Part shown: positions 8,513-19,328 of the stretch, piece by piece
How positions within the stretch are numbered: the stretch's first letter is position 1
Layout: each line of letters begins with the position of its first letter
Source of the DNA: Alphaproteobacteria bacterium
GTDB lineage: Bacteria > Pseudomonadota > Alphaproteobacteria > UBA828
Direction: 5' to 3'
NCBI GenBank assembly: GCA_963667785.2
Contig: CAXXMU010000001.1
Coordinates: 352,001-416,000, forward strand
DNA: 64,000 bases
The notes under the pieces: model-generated
The model's input: only the letters and a program-made list of their open reading frames with translations
Database searches by the model: none
What the model was told of the DNA's origin: nothing
Position numbers and translations under genes: made by a program

Positions 8513-9138
8513 CGCGCGATACTGGGGCGGGCGGAGACCTCCGCGTGCCAGCGCGTCGCGTTGGCGCAGTCCTCCGGCAGCCCTGCCTTGGCGGCCTTGG
8601 TCGCGAAGTCGACGACGCAGAGCGCGGTAATGTCGGCGACGCTGAAGCGCGGCCCGGCGATGAAGCGGTTGTCCGCAAGCTGACGGTCGATGCGTCGATA
8701 GAAGCGGGCGAGGCGTTGCCTGCCGCGCTCGACCAGGGCCGGAATCTGTTCGATCGGCTCCTCGAAGGCCGGCAGGCCTCGGCCGGCGAAGGCGGGAGTG
8801 GAATTGCGGAACACTTCGGCCGCGCCGGCGAAGCCCTCGGTCTCCGCGCGCCGCTCCCACATGTCGACGCGGGCGCGGTCGACGCGGTTCACGCCGAAGA
8901 GCGGCGGCGCCGGGTACGCCTCCTCCAGATAGCGGCAGATCGCCATCGCCTCGCCGATCTGCGTGCCGTCGTCGAGCTCCAGCATCGGCACCATCCGGCC
9001 CTCGTAGCGGGCGAGATAATCGTCGTTCAGGTGTGCGCCTTCGCCGGCCTCCAAGACCTCGAGCTCGATGTCCTTCTCGGCGACGTAGATCAGAACCCGG
9101 CGCGGATTGGGCGCGCGCCCCCACGTGTAGAGCTTCAT
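8509..9138 (-). CDS. Glutathione S-transferase
   Basis: MKLY..APNPRRV, VPMLELDDG..IGEAMAICRYLE, FIAGPRFSVADIT. Confidence 0.92.
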   Translation of the reverse strand: MKLYTWGRAPNPRRVLIYVAEKDIELEVLEAGEGAHLNDDYLARYEGRMVPMLELDDGTQIGEAMAICRYLEEAYPAPPLFGVNRVDRARVDMWERRAETEGFAGAAEVFRNSTPAFAGRGLPAFEEPIEQIPALVERGRQRLARFYRRIDRQLADNRFIAGPRFSVADITALCVVDFATKAAKAGLPEDCANATRWHAEVSARPSIAR

Positions 9139-9155
9139 CGGAACGCCTCTGTCGT

Positions 9156-10583
9156 CTAGATCGCGGGCCGCCGGTCGCGCCAGGGCTGCGTCGCGCCCTC
9201 GAAGGCGGCGGCGGCGCGGAACACGGCGTGATCGTCGTAGGGTCGGCCCACGATCTGCATGCCGGTGGGCACGCCATAGGAGGAGAAGCCGGTCGGCACG
9301 CTCATAGCCGGACACTGGCTCATCAGGTTGAAGGGGTTGGTGCAGACCCAGCCGACATAGGCCGGCAGGCGGACGCCGTTGATCTCGAAATCGGGGTCCG
9401 CGTCGTCATGGTCGGCCTTGACCGCCGGCACCGCGAGGGTGGGGCAGATCAGGATGTCGTAGGACTTGAGGATCGGCTGCAACTGCTGCCACATCCAGCC
9501 GCGGAACACCTGGCACTGGTAGAGGCGCGCGGCGCTGTGCCCCAGCCCGCTCTCGAGCAGCCTGACGACGAACGGATCCATCTCGTAGCGCCAGCGGGGC
9601 AGCAGATGGCCGGCGATTCCGGCGAAGAGGCCTTCCCACCAGGTCATCCAGCAATCGAGGACACCGAAGTTCCAGCCGATGTCGACCTCCTCCACGGTGC
9701 ACCCGAGCGAGCGCAGCGTCTCGGCCGCGCGCCGCGTGTTCGCCTGCACCTCCGGGTCGATCTGCAGGTAGCCGAGGTCCATGGAGAAGGCGACCTTCCA
9801 GCCGCGAATGTCGTCGTAGGTGGTCGGCAGCCGCACCTTGTTGGGGAGGCTGCTGAGATCGTCCGGATGCGGCCCCGACATGACGTTCTGCATGAGCGCG
9901 GCGTCGGCGACGCTACGGACCATGGGGCCGTAGTGGAGGATCGTTTCCAGCGGATGGTCCCGGTCGAGCGGATTGCGGCCGAAGGGGGGCTTGTAGCCGA
10001 AGAGACCGCAGGCCGACGAGGGGATGCGGATCGAGCCGCCGCCGTCGGTGCCGTCGGCGAGCGTGGTCATGCCGCCGGCGACCGCCGCGCCTGCGCCGCC
10101 CGATGAGCCGCCGGACGTGTACTCCAGGTTCCACGGATTGGGCGTGATCCCCCAGAGCGGGCTGTGGGTGGCGCCGGAATAGGCGAACTCCGGCGACGTC
10201 GTGCGCATGTGCATGATGGCGCCGGCGCGCAGCAGCCGGTCCACCGTCGCAGCGGTGTAGTCGGGGCGGAAGTCCTCGAAGATTTTCGAGCCGAAGGTGG
10301 TGATCTCGCCCTTGACCGGGTGGAAGTCCTTGATCGCCACCGGCACGCCCTCGAGCGCGCGCAGCCGGCCGTCGGTCTTTCCGTACTTGGCCTCGGCCTT
10401 CTTCGCCTGCTCGCGCGCCCGGTCGAAGAAGTCGTAGGTGATGGCGTTGACCCTGGGATTGATCGCCTGCGCGCGCGCGATCTGCGCGTCCAGCAGCTCC
10501 ACCGGCGATAGCGTGCGCGCCTTGAAGCGTGCTAGCGCCTCGCTCGCCGTCAGGTAGCAAAGCTCGAGATCGGCCGATGCCAT
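9156..10583 (-). CDS. Amidase signature (GatA-like) family amidase
   Basis: GVPVAIKD, GGSSGG, GTDGGGSIRIPS (Lys-Ser-Ser triad motifs); GGAG RBS. Confidence 0.92.
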   Translation of the reverse strand: MASADLELCYLTASEALARFKARTLSPVELLDAQIARAQAINPRVNAITYDFFDRAREQAKKAEAKYGKTDGRLRALEGVPVAIKDFHPVKGEITTFGSKIFEDFRPDYTAATVDRLLRAGAIMHMRTTSPEFAYSGATHSPLWGITPNPWNLEYTSGGSSGGAGAAVAGGMTTLADGTDGGGSIRIPSSACGLFGYKPPFGRNPLDRDHPLETILHYGPMVRSVADAALMQNVMSGPHPDDLSSLPNKVRLPTTYDDIRGWKVAFSMDLGYLQIDPEVQANTRRAAETLRSLGCTVEEVDIGWNFGVLDCWMTWWEGLFAGIAGHLLPRWRYEMDPFVVRLLESGLGHSAARLYQCQVFRGWMWQQLQPILKSYDILICPTLAVPAVKADHDDADPDFEINGVRLPAYVGWVCTNPFNLMSQCPAMSVPTGFSSYGVPTGMQIVGRPYDDHAVFRAAAAFEGATQPWRDRRPAI

Positions 10584-10653
10584 GATGTGTCTCCCCTTGG
10601 GCTCCCTTGGCCTTCCCATGAACGTCCCGTCGAATCGCTGCGCCCGTCAGGCG

Positions 10654-11730
10654 TTAGGCGAGATGCACGACCTCCCGCCGCTTGATGCTCTCGTCGGCCG
10701 CGATGACGATGCGCAGGCTGTTGACCGCGCTATCCATGTGCTCCGAGAGGTCGAGGTCCTCGCGGATCGCCTTGAGCAGGAACGCCTGCTCCCGGTCGCA
10801 CAGCTCCTGATGGCTCGGCTCGTCGGCCATGTCGACCCACTCGTCCTCGTGCACGAAATTGTTGGCCTCGTCGATCTCGCTCGAGTGGCAGAGCAGCGCG
10901 TTGGTCTTGGTGTGGGAATCGATGTCGTCAGAGGCGGCGTGGTCCTGCCCCTCCTGCGGCATGACGATGCTGACGCAGCCCTTGGGTCCGACCACGTCCT
11001 TCACGAAGAAGGCGACCTCGCTCATCATCGGACCCCAGCCGGCCTCGTACCAGCCCACCGAGCCGTCGTCGAACTCGACGTGAAGGTGGCCGTAGTTCTG
11101 CTGCTTGGTCTGGTCCGAGAGCCTGGCGCCGATGCCGTGCACGCGGACCGGCTGTGCGCCGGTCATCTGGCACATGACATCCACGTAGTGGACCCCGCAG
11201 TCGACGATGGGCGTCAGCGAATCCATCAGGTTGCGGTGCCAGTTCCAGGCCGGCCCCCGGCTCTGCTGATTGAGGTTCATGCGCATGACCAGCGGCTTGC
11301 CGAGCGTGCGCGCACGCTGGATGAACTCCTGCCAGGCGGGGTGCACCCGCAGGATGTAGCCGATGACGAGCTTCTTGCCGGTGGCCCGCGCCTTGTCCAC
11401 CACGGCTTGCGCGCCGTCCACGGTGGTGGCCAGCGGCTTCTCGACGAAGACGTGGGCGCCGGCGTCGAACGCCTTGAGGCAGAGCTCCTCATGGGTGTTC
11501 GGGTAGGTGTTGATGGAAACCACGTCCGGGCGACTCTCGGCCAGCGCCGCATCGAAATTCTCGTAACGGGGCAGGGATACGAGGGCGGCGGGCAGGTCGT
11601 TGCGCCCGCGGATGCTGCGGCTGCACAGGCCTGCGAGTTCGAAGCCATCGATCTTGTCATAGGCGAGCGCGTGGCTCAGTCCCATGTTGCCGACGCCCAC
11701 CACGAGCACTCTGAGCGCACCGTTCTGCAT
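10654..11730 (-). CDS. Gfo/Idh/MocA family NAD(P)-dependent oxidoreductase
   Basis: VVGVGNMG, HVFVEKPLA, DCGVHYVD. Confidence 0.92.
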   Translation of the reverse strand: MQNGALRVLVVGVGNMGLSHALAYDKIDGFELAGLCSRSIRGRNDLPAALVSLPRYENFDAALAESRPDVVSINTYPNTHEELCLKAFDAGAHVFVEKPLATTVDGAQAVVDKARATGKKLVIGYILRVHPAWQEFIQRARTLGKPLVMRMNLNQQSRGPAWNWHRNLMDSLTPIVDCGVHYVDVMCQMTGAQPVRVHGIGARLSDQTKQQNYGHLHVEFDDGSVGWYEAGWGPMMSEVAFFVKDVVGPKGCVSIVMPQEGQDHAASDDIDSHTKTNALLCHSSEIDEANNFVHEDEWVDMADEPSHQELCDREQAFLLKAIREDLDLSEHMDSAVNSLRIVIAADESIKRREVVHLA

Positions 11731-11835
11731 GACAGCCTCCCGTTCTCCGCCCGCCCGGCGGCGGGCGCTCCTCCCCATCGTCGTCGCTCATTGTGCCGCC
11801 GCCCGCAGGGCGGATCAAACCGCCCGGCGGACCGT

Positions 11836-12270
11836 TCAGCCGCCGAGCGGCGTCGCCACCATGCCCTCGATCTCGATCAGCATCTTGGGGTGGGCGAGCT
11901 CGGTCACGCCGACGAGCGTGCGCGGCGGCGGGTTCGCCGGGTCGAAATGGCGGGCCGATATGTCGTTCAGCACGTCCTGGCCCGACATGTCGGTCAGGTA
12001 GATGTTGAGCTTGACGATCTGGGAGAAGTCGGCGTCCGCAGCCTCAAGGATGGTGCCGATGTTGGCGAAGGTCTTCTCGGCCTGCTCGCGGATGCCGCCG
12101 GCCAGCCACTCGGCCTCGGCCACAGGGTCGTGCGGGTGCGCGTGGTAGATGGGGATCGGGCCGCAGCCGGAGAACAGCAGCAGGCGGGCGTTCTCGACCG
12201 CGAAGGCGGCGCTGAACGGGCTCTTGTATTCCGGCTTGAGCGGGATGTGGTGGATCGGCGTGATCGGCAT
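11836..12270 (-). CDS. RidA/YjgF family protein
   Basis: FANIGTILEAA...IVKLNIYLTD...PPPRTLVGV...IEIEGM. Confidence 0.88.
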   Translation of the reverse strand: MPITPIHHIPLKPEYKSPFSAAFAVENARLLLFSGCGPIPIYHAHPHDPVAEAEWLAGGIREQAEKTFANIGTILEAADADFSQIVKLNIYLTDMSGQDVLNDISARHFDPANPPPRTLVGVTELAHPKMLIEIEGMVATPLGG

Positions 12271-12389
12271 GACGGCGCGCCCCGTGGTCGGCGATGGGCC
12301 GTCATGCTATCCCATCACGCAGGCGGCCGGAACGGCACGCGCCCGCAGCAAGCGGGGCCCCCGGTTGCGCCGATGGTCCGCCGCCGAAA

Positions 12390-12490
12390 GCAAAATAGCT
12401 GGGGCGGTCACAAGGACCGCCCCAGCCAGGAGGATCGACCAGTCGTGTTGGGGACAGCGGGAGGGACGAAGCGCTTCACCGTCACCCATG
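12390..12490 (-). ncRNA. Candidate small regulatory RNA with C/U-rich anti-Shine-Dalgarno motifs
   Basis: Minus strand carries CCCUCCC, UCCCC and UCCUCC just upstream of an intrinsic terminator; no convincing ORF; 5' end unknown. Confidence 0.4.
12391..12426 (-). terminator. Rho-independent terminator
   Basis: 12-bp perfect stem gctggggcggtc/gaccgccccagc with 5-nt loop, followed by UAUUUUG on the minus strand. Confidence 0.65.
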
Positions 12491-12521
12491 GGCTAATCTA
12501 GGGGCCGATTGTGGCATTGAT

Positions 12522-13385
12522 ATGGCAGGAATTGCCGTGACAGGGCCGCGCCCCGCCGCCCGCGAGCTCGCCCTGCGGGCTGCGTCCGCGGCGATACTCG
12601 CGCCCGCGGCGCTCGGCGCGGCCTATCTCGGCGGCCCCGTCTTCATGGCTGCGCTCGGGGCGGCAGGACTGCTCGCGTGGCGCGAGTGGCGACGGCTTCT
12701 CGGCCGGCCGCTGGCGGACGCAGCGGGCCTCGCCGGCATCGCGGGCCTTGCGGCCGTCTGCGCGCTCTTCGCCACGGTCGGGGCGGAGGCTGCCGCCGCC
12801 GCAGCCGCCGCAGCCGCGGCGGCGGTCTCGGGCGCGGAGCGCGGCGCGCTGCGCGACCGCGCCGCGGGTCTTGCCGGGGCGGGGCTGATCCTCTTCCTCG
12901 TCGTCGCGACGCTCGCGCTGCGCGGCGACGATGCGTCGGGGCGGGCGACGATCTTCTGGCTGTTCGCCGTGGTCTGGGCGAGCGATTCCGGCGCCTTTGC
13001 AGCCGGGCGGACCCTTGGCGGCCCCAGGCTCGCGCCTCGCATCAGCCCGGCCAAGACCTGGGCCGGCGCCGTCGGCGGCGTGGCCGCGGCGGTCGGCGCG
13101 AGCATCCTGCTCGGCTGGTTGATGCCGCTCGCCGGCTGGGTCGCGGAGAGACCGTCGCTCGCGCTGCTGGCAGGCGCCGGCGCGCTCGGCTCGGTCACGG
13201 GCCAGTGGGGGGACCTCGCCGAATCCGCCTTCAAGCGACGCGTCGGCGCCGACGATTCGGGCCGGCTCATCCCCGGTCACGGCGGCATTCTGGACCGCGC
13301 GGACGCCTACACCGCTGCCGCGTTCGCGCTGATGCTGGCGACGCTCGCCAGCGGCGGGACGCCTCCCTGGACCTATTCGCCCTGA
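12522..13385 (+). CDS. cdsA: Phosphatidate cytidylyltransferase
   Basis: VWASDSGAF, RISPAKTWAG, GDLAESAFKR..DDSG.LIPGHGGILDRAD; start uncertain (ATG 12522 or GTG 12537). Confidence 0.9.
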   Translation: MAGIAVTGPRPAARELALRAASAAILAPAALGAAYLGGPVFMAALGAAGLLAWREWRRLLGRPLADAAGLAGIAGLAAVCALFATVGAEAAAAAAAAAAAAVSGAERGALRDRAAGLAGAGLILFLVVATLALRGDDASGRATIFWLFAVVWASDSGAFAAGRTLGGPRLAPRISPAKTWAGAVGGVAAAVGASILLGWLMPLAGWVAERPSLALLAGAGALGSVTGQWGDLAESAFKRRVGADDSGRLIPGHGGILDRADAYTAAAFALMLATLASGGTPPWTYSP

Positions 13386-13420
13386 GGGGTGCGCCCGTCG
13401 CCCTGCCGCCGGCCGAGCCC

Positions 13421-13692
13421 CCAGCCCGCACTTCTCACCATGGTCATGGTCTGCGCGGCACTGTCCGACCGACAGGGTAGGAGAGGCGCGCAGCGCGATG
13501 CAGGGACATCGGGCAAGCGTCTCGACGCACACTGTCGGCCGGAGAGCGCCGCCCTTCGGGTCGCCCCCAGGCGCCCGTCCGCGGCGTCGCGGGCCTCAAC
13601 CGTAGTCCTCGCTACGCTTTTCGGCCCGCTCCTGGCGGATCAAACGCCTGAGCGCGACGCAGGCCGTGACCATGGTGAGAAATGCGGGCTAG
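13421..13692. mobile_element. MITE-like element (272 bp) with 35-bp terminal inverted repeats
   Basis: 13421-13455 ccagcccgcacttctcaccatggtcatggtctgcg vs reverse complement of 13658-13692 ctagcccgcatttctcaccatggtcacggcctgcg, 31/35 identical; no transposase inside. Confidence 0.75.
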
Positions 13693-15273
13693 GGCGAGCG
13701 CGGCCGCGGCGGCGAGGCCGAGCAGAATGGCCAGCGGCCACTGGCCGAGCTGCGCCACCGGCGTGCGTCCGGCCAGCGCCGGCGGCAGCCGGGCGTCGAG
13801 TACCCCGGCCACGCCCAGCCCGAGGCGGCCCACCACCCGGCCGTGGGCATCGACGACGGCGGAGATGCCGGTGTTCGCCGCGCGCACCAGCGGCAGGCCC
13901 TCCTCGACGGCGCGCAGCCGGGCCGCCTGAAAGTGCTGGTAGGGACCGGCCGTCTGCCCGAACCAGGCGTCGTTGGTGACGTTGAGCAGCCACGCCGGTC
14001 GCATCCCTCCCGGTATATCGTCGGCCACCACCTCGCCCGGAAAGATCGCCTCGTAGCAGATCAGCGGGCTGAAGGGCGGCAGGCCGGGCAGGCTCACGGT
14101 GCGCGGCCCCGGCCCGGCCGAGTGATCCGCGCCGCCGTAGGCCAGTGCCTGCAGAGGCAGGACCGCGCGCAGCGGGATGTACTCCCCGAAGGGCACCAGG
14201 TGGTGCTTGTCGTAGGTGGCGGCGATAGCGCCTGCCGGGGTGAGCGCGTGCAGGCTGTTCCAGTAGGCGATCGTGCGCCCCGCCGAGACGGTGCGCCGGG
14301 GTGCGCCGGTGAGCAGGCGGCCGCCCGGCGGCACCGCCCGCGCCAGGAAGTCGCGGACCGGCCGGCTCTCGTCCACGTAGAAGGTCGCGGCCGATTCCGG
14401 CCAGATCACGGCGTCGATCGCCGCGAAGCCCTCTCCCTGCGACAGGAAAACGTGGCGGGCCAGCGCCGCGGCGCGCTCCTCCTCCTTCCACTTGAGGGTC
14501 TGCTCGATGTTGGCTTGCACCAGACGCAGGCGGATGTCGGTGGGCGCCTGATCGGGTGCGAGCGCGAGCCGTGCCTGCCCGCCGATCCAGATCGCCGCCA
14601 GCAGCCCGAACGCAGCCGCCGGCAGGAGCCAGGCCCGGCGCCTCGGTCGCTCGCCGGGCGATGATGGCGCGGCGAGTGCTGCCGGAGCCGCCGCGGCGAA
14701 GACGGTGACGAAGCTCAGCCCATAGGCCCCGGTAAGCGCCGCGGCCTGAATCATGCCGATCGACGGCGCCCAGACAGTGCCCATGAGGTTCATCGGGAAC
14801 CCGGTGAGGATGGTGCCGCGCAGCCACTCCGCGGCGGTCCAGGTGACGGCGAGGGCGAGCACGCGGCCGCCGATCGGGAGCGCAGGCAGGCGCGCCACGA
14901 AGGCGGCAAGCGCCGGGAATAGCGCAAAGCCTGCGGAAAGCCCCAGGATGGCGGGAACGACCATCCAGCCGTAGCGCGAGGGATCGGTGAGCAGGGCGGA
15001 GCCGATCCAGTAGATGCCGGCGATGAAATGGGTGAGGCCGAACCACCAGCCGGCGATCGCCGCGCGCCAGGGGGAGCGGCTGGCGTGGATCAGCCAGGCA
15101 AGGCCGGTGAAGGCGACCAGCAGGAGCGGCAGCGCATGGACGGGCGGTAGCGCCGTCGCCGCAAGAGCGCCGAGGGCGGCGGCGAGCGCCGAGCGGCGCC
15201 AGCCGGACAAGGCGCCGAGCGTCTCCGCGAGCGCCGCAAGCCGCGCCGAAACGGAGCGACCGGAGCTGCTCAC
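13612..15273 (-). CDS. lnt: Apolipoprotein N-acyltransferase
   Basis: Multiple TM helices, [46 protein letters not shown]. Confidence 0.95.
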   Translation of the reverse strand: MSSSGRSVSARLAALAETLGALSGWRRSALAAALGALAATALPPVHALPLLLVAFTGLAWLIHASRSPWRAAIAGWWFGLTHFIAGIYWIGSALLTDPSRYGWMVVPAILGLSAGFALFPALAAFVARLPALPIGGRVLALAVTWTAAEWLRGTILTGFPMNLMGTVWAPSIGMIQAAALTGAYGLSFVTVFAAAAPAALAAPSSPGERPRRRAWLLPAAAFGLLAAIWIGGQARLALAPDQAPTDIRLRLVQANIEQTLKWKEEERAAALARHVFLSQGEGFAAIDAVIWPESAATFYVDESRPVRDFLARAVPPGGRLLTGAPRRTVSAGRTIAYWNSLHALTPAGAIAATYDKHHLVPFGEYIPLRAVLPLQALAYGGADHSAGPGPRTVSLPGLPPFSPLICYEAIFPGEVVADDIPGGMRPAWLLNVTNDAWFGQTAGPYQHFQAARLRAVEEGLPLVRAANTGISAVVDAHGRVVGRLGLGVAGVLDARLPPALAGRTPVAQLGQWPLAILLGLAAAAALALARISHHGHGLRRAQAFDPPGAGRKA

Positions 15274-16196
15274 GGCCGGCCGTGCGCCGGGCGTGGCTCG
15301 CTGCGGCTGACCCGCAGCCTCTTGATGCGCCGCGGGTCGGCCTCCAGGACCTCGAAGGTGAATCCGGCGGGGTGGGGGATCCGCTCGCCCCCGTGCGGCA
15401 CCCGCTCGGCGAGCACGAACACGAGCCCGCCGAGGGTGTCGACCTCGTCCTCGATCGCGCCGTCGAGCAGCGGGACCCCGAGATCGCGCTCCAGCTCGTC
15501 CACGCGCACGCGCGCGTCCGCCTCCACGGCGCCGTCGTCGAGGTGGACGAGGGCAGGGGTCTCGATCTCGTCGTGCTCGTCCTCGATCTCGCCGACGATC
15601 TCCTCCACCAGATCCTCGATCGTGACCAGGCCGTGGGTGCCGCCGTACTCGTCGACGACCACCGCCATGTGCAGGCGGGTCTCGCGCATCTCCTTGAGCA
15701 GCGCGGGGATCGGCATGGCCTGCGGCACGAACAGGATATCGCGGCGGATCGTGTTCAGATCGAAGGGGCCGTTCCCGCCCCAGTGGCGCATGACGTCGCG
15801 GATGTGGATCATGCCGACCACGTCGTCGAGATTGTCGCGGTAGAGCGGCATGCGGGAATGCCCCTCCGCCTTGATGGTGGCGACGACCTGGTCGAGCGAG
15901 GCCGTCACCTCGACGGCGGTGATGTCGTTGCGGGGCACCATCGCGTCCTCGGCAGTGAGCGCACCGAAGCGCAGCAGGTTGCGCAGCAGGTCGCGCTCGT
16001 GAGGGCTGATCTGCTCGGCGATCTCCTCCTCGGCGAGCACCTCGCCGATGAAGTCGCGCCAGGATGCGCCGTTGCCGCGGCCGAGCCCCTTGCGCAGCCA
16101 GCGGCCGAGAAGGCGGACGAGCGACGAGCGGTTTCGCCCGTTGCGGTCGCCCCCGGTACTGTCGCCGCTAGATGGAGGTTTGTCGTCTTCGCTCAT
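15270..16196 (-). CDS. corC: CorC/YbeX-like CBS-domain protein
   Basis: [50 protein letters not shown]; between ybeY and lnt. Confidence 0.88.
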   Translation of the reverse strand: MSEDDKPPSSGDSTGGDRNGRNRSSLVRLLGRWLRKGLGRGNGASWRDFIGEVLAEEEIAEQISPHERDLLRNLLRFGALTAEDAMVPRNDITAVEVTASLDQVVATIKAEGHSRMPLYRDNLDDVVGMIHIRDVMRHWGGNGPFDLNTIRRDILFVPQAMPIPALLKEMRETRLHMAVVVDEYGGTHGLVTIEDLVEEIVGEIEDEHDEIETPALVHLDDGAVEADARVRVDELERDLGVPLLDGAIEDEVDTLGGLVFVLAERVPHGGERIPHPAGFTFEVLEADPRRIKRLRVSRSEPRPAHGRP

Positions 16197-16239
16197 CGTT
16201 CCGCCGCCGCGGCCGCGAATCGCGGGGCACGTGTCACCC

Positions 16240-16728
16240 TCACAGGGTAGCGTAGGGATCGCATAAGCCAAGCCCCAATAGCGTGCGGGATTCGAGCGCG
16301 CGCATGCGCCGCTCGGCGTCCGGCTCGTCGTGGTCGTGGCCGAGCAGGTGAAGCACGCCGTGGACGACGAGATGGCTCACCTGCTGGGCGAGGCCGACGC
16401 CGGCCGAGGCACTGTCGCGCTGCACGGTCTCGCGGGCCAGCACCACGTCGCCCAGCATGAGCGGCGCGTCTGCCTGGCGCGGTGCGTCGCCGGGCCGCTC
16501 GTGCATCGGGAAGGAGAGCACGTCGGTCGCTCGATCCTGCCCGCGCCAGTCCCGGTTGAGCGAGCGCACGAAGGAATCGTCTGCCAGCACCACCGCGAGC
16601 TCCACGTCCTCCGGCAGGGCGGGCGCGGCCTCCAGGGCCGCGGCGGCGGCACGGCGGGCCACGGCGGCGGCGTCAGGAAGAGCGGTCGACCACGCCGAAT
16701 CGCGGAGTCGGATCTCGATCTCGATCAT
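16240..16728 (-). CDS. ybeY: rRNA maturation endoribonuclease YbeY
   Basis: LNRDWRGQDRATDVLSFP, LGDVVL, HLVVHGVLHLLGHDH; alternative start at 16758. Confidence 0.93.
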   Translation of the reverse strand: MIEIEIRLRDSAWSTALPDAAAVARRAAAAALEAAPALPEDVELAVVLADDSFVRSLNRDWRGQDRATDVLSFPMHERPGDAPRQADAPLMLGDVVLARETVQRDSASAGVGLAQQVSHLVVHGVLHLLGHDHDEPDAERRMRALESRTLLGLGLCDPYATL

Positions 16729-17746
16729 CGCCCGTGGCTGTCGCCTCGCCCGCGTCATAGGCCTCGAGGATGCGCGTCACCAGCGAGTGGCGCATGACGT
16801 CGGCGGTGCCGAAGCGGACGAAGGAGACCCCGCCCAGCCCCTCGAGCGTCGTCACCGCGTGGCGGAGGCCCGAGCGCGCGCCCGCCGGCAGGTCCACCTG
16901 GGTGAGGTCGCCAGTGACCACCATGCGCGAGCCCTCACCGAGCCGCGTGAGAAACATCTTCATCTGCAGCGGCGTCGTGTTCTGCGCCTCGTCGAGGATG
17001 ATGAAGGCCTGGGAGAGAGTGCGGCCGCGCATGAAGGCGAGCGGCGCGATCTCGATCTCCGCGGCTTCCAGGCGGCGCGCCACCAGGTCCGCCGGCAGCA
17101 TGTCGTAGAGCGCGTCGTAGAGCGGGCGGAGGTAGGGGTCGACCTTGTCCTTGAGGTCGCCGGGCAGGAAGCCCAGCCGCTCGCCCGCCTCGACCGCAGG
17201 CCGCGAGAGGATGATCCGCTCCACCCTGCCGGCGAGGTAGAGGGAGACCGCCATCGCCACCGCGAGATAGGTCTTGCCGGTGCCGGCGGGGCCGAGCCCG
17301 AACACCAGGTCGTTCGCCAGCATCGCACGCACGTAGTCGGCCTGGCGCGGCGAGCGCGGGCTGACCGGGCGCTTGCGGGTGCGGAGCACGAGCTGGGACT
17401 CGGGCTCGGCCAGCGCAGCGCCGGCGCCGCCGGTGCCCGGCGTGTCGCCTGCGCCGGGCCCTGTCGCCATGCGGATCGCGCCCTCGACCTCGCCGCCGCC
17501 CATGGGCAGCCCCCGCTTCAGCTTGTCGTAGAGAGTACGCAGCACCGCCTCGGTGGCCGCGACCGAGGACGGCGGCCCGCTGATGGCGACCTCGTTGCCG
17601 CGCGAGCGCAGCACGACGCCGAGCGCGCTCTCGATCCGCACCAGGTGGCGGTCATGGTCGCCGAAGAGGAGCGGCAGCAGCGTGTTGTCGTCGAAGCGAA
17701 TCTGCGCGCCCGCCTCCGCCGGCGCCCCGCTGCGCGGACCGCTCAC
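16673..17746 (-). CDS. phoH: PhoH family protein
   Basis: [42 protein letters not shown]; GTG start overlaps the miaB stop. Confidence 0.93.
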   Translation of the reverse strand: MSGPRSGAPAEAGAQIRFDDNTLLPLLFGDHDRHLVRIESALGVVLRSRGNEVAISGPPSSVAATEAVLRTLYDKLKRGLPMGGGEVEGAIRMATGPGAGDTPGTGGAGAALAEPESQLVLRTRKRPVSPRSPRQADYVRAMLANDLVFGLGPAGTGKTYLAVAMAVSLYLAGRVERIILSRPAVEAGERLGFLPGDLKDKVDPYLRPLYDALYDMLPADLVARRLEAAEIEIAPLAFMRGRTLSQAFIILDEAQNTTPLQMKMFLTRLGEGSRMVVTGDLTQVDLPAGARSGLRHAVTTLEGLGGVSFVRFGTADVMRHSLVTRILEAYDAGEATATGDDRDRDPTPRFGVVDRSS

Positions 17747-19173
17747 GCGGAAACGCCTCCCATGGCGCCATCCGGCATGCGCAGGCCGGCACGGGGCCTC
17801 GTCCCGGGCGGGCGGGCATCGCCGGCCAGCACGCCGCCGAGGCCGTTGGCGGAGGCCTCCGTCACGGTCGCCTCCGCGACAGTGCCGATCAGCGCGTCCC
17901 GGCCGTCCACGTGGAGCCACTGCATGTACGGCGTGCGGCCTGCGATCTGGCCGGGATGGCGGCCGCGCCTCTCGAACAGGACGGGCAGCGTGCGGCCGAT
18001 CATGGCGTCGTTGAAGCGCCGCTTCGGCTCGTCGAGCAGGCGTTGCAGCCTGCCGAGCCGCTCGGCCTTGACTTCGTCCGGTACGGCGTCGTCGCGATCT
18101 GCCGCCGGGGTGCCCGGCCGGGGGCTGTACTTGAAGGAGAAGGCCTGCGCGAAACCGACCTCGCGCACCAGCGCCAGCGTCGCCTCGAAGTCCGCCTCGC
18201 TCTCGCCGGGAAAGCCCACGATGAAGTCGCTCGAGAGCGCGATGTCCGGCCGCGCCGCGCGCAACGCCTCGATCAGGCCGCGGTAGTGATCCGCGCCGTG
18301 CCCCCGGTTCATGGCGGCGAGGATGCGGTCCGAGCCCGACTGCACGGGCAGATGCAGGAAGGGCATGAGCTTGGGCTCCGCGCCATGGGCGTCGATCAGC
18401 GCCGGCGTCATGTCGCGCGGATGCGAGGTCGTGTAGCGCAGCCGCTCCAGCTCCTCGATCGCGGCGAGCCGGCCGATCAGCGCCGCCAGGTCGGTCTCGC
18501 CCCCCGCCGCGCCGTCGTCCGCGCCGTGGTAGGCGTTGACGTTCTGCCCGAGCAGCACGATCTCGCGGGCGCCGGCCGCGACGAGGCGGCGGGCCTCGGC
18601 CTCGATGGCAGCCGCCGGGCGCGAGTCCTCGGCGCCCCGCGTATAGGGCACGACGCAGAAGGTGCAGAAGCGATCGCAGCCTTCCTGAATCGTGAGGAAC
18701 GACGAGACGCCGCGCCCCGGCTGCGGGCCCGCCAGCTCCTCCGGCAGGTGGTCGAAGCGCGAATCCGCCGGCATGCTGGTATCGACGGCGGGCCGCCCGG
18801 CGCGGGAGGCCTGCGTCACCATCGCCGGCAGGCGGTGATAGGCCTGCGGCCCCACCACGATATCCACGAAGGGAGCCCGCGCCGCCACCTCGTCGCCCTC
18901 GGCCTGCGCGACGCAGCCGGCGACGGCGAGCAGCATCTCGCCGCCTTTCCGCGCGCGCGCCTGCTTCAGCGCGCGCAAGCGCCCGAGCTCGGAATAGACC
19001 TTCTCCGCGGCCTTCTCGCGGATGTGGCAGGTGTTGAGAACGACCAGATCGGCGTCGTCGGGCTCCGTCGTCGTCATGTACCCGAGCGGCGCCAGGACAT
19101 CCGCCATGCGCGCGGAGTCGTAGACGTTCATCTGGCAGCCGAAGGTCTTGACGTAGAGCTTCTTTTTCGCCAC
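17743..19173 (-). CDS. miaB: tRNA-2-methylthio-N6-dimethylallyladenosine synthase
   Basis: [34 protein letters not shown] radical-SAM motif, C-terminal TRAM. Confidence 0.96.
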   Translation of the reverse strand: MAKKKLYVKTFGCQMNVYDSARMADVLAPLGYMTTTEPDDADLVVLNTCHIREKAAEKVYSELGRLRALKQARARKGGEMLLAVAGCVAQAEGDEVAARAPFVDIVVGPQAYHRLPAMVTQASRAGRPAVDTSMPADSRFDHLPEELAGPQPGRGVSSFLTIQEGCDRFCTFCVVPYTRGAEDSRPAAAIEAEARRLVAAGAREIVLLGQNVNAYHGADDGAAGGETDLAALIGRLAAIEELERLRYTTSHPRDMTPALIDAHGAEPKLMPFLHLPVQSGSDRILAAMNRGHGADHYRGLIEALRAARPDIALSSDFIVGFPGESEADFEATLALVREVGFAQAFSFKYSPRPGTPAADRDDAVPDEVKAERLGRLQRLLDEPKRRFNDAMIGRTLPVLFERRGRHPGQIAGRTPYMQWLHVDGRDALIGTVAEATVTEASANGLGGVLAGDARPPGTRPRAGLRMPDGAMGGVSA

Positions 19174-19255
19174 TGCCTCGCCGCGCGGCGGAGCCTCCCC
19201 GGTGATCGCGCGGTGCGCCAATCGCGCCGCTACCCGCCCCGCTCGCAGGCCGTCG

Positions 19256-19283
19256 ACCCTAGCACCCGCCCTGCCCCTGTCAA
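19256..19283 (-). promoter_or_regulatory. Putative sigma70 promoter of the miaB operon
   Basis: TTGACA-N16-TAGGGT on the minus strand. Confidence 0.45.
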
Positions 19284-19328
19284 GCAGGCGCCGCTTCGGA
19301 TTCCTCGGTCGCCGGGCGGTGTGCGACT

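Noticed and set aside
16673-16758. phoH/ybeY overlap of 56-86 nt as a frameshift or fusion
   Set aside because: Both proteins are complete; the overlap is a variable PhoH tail
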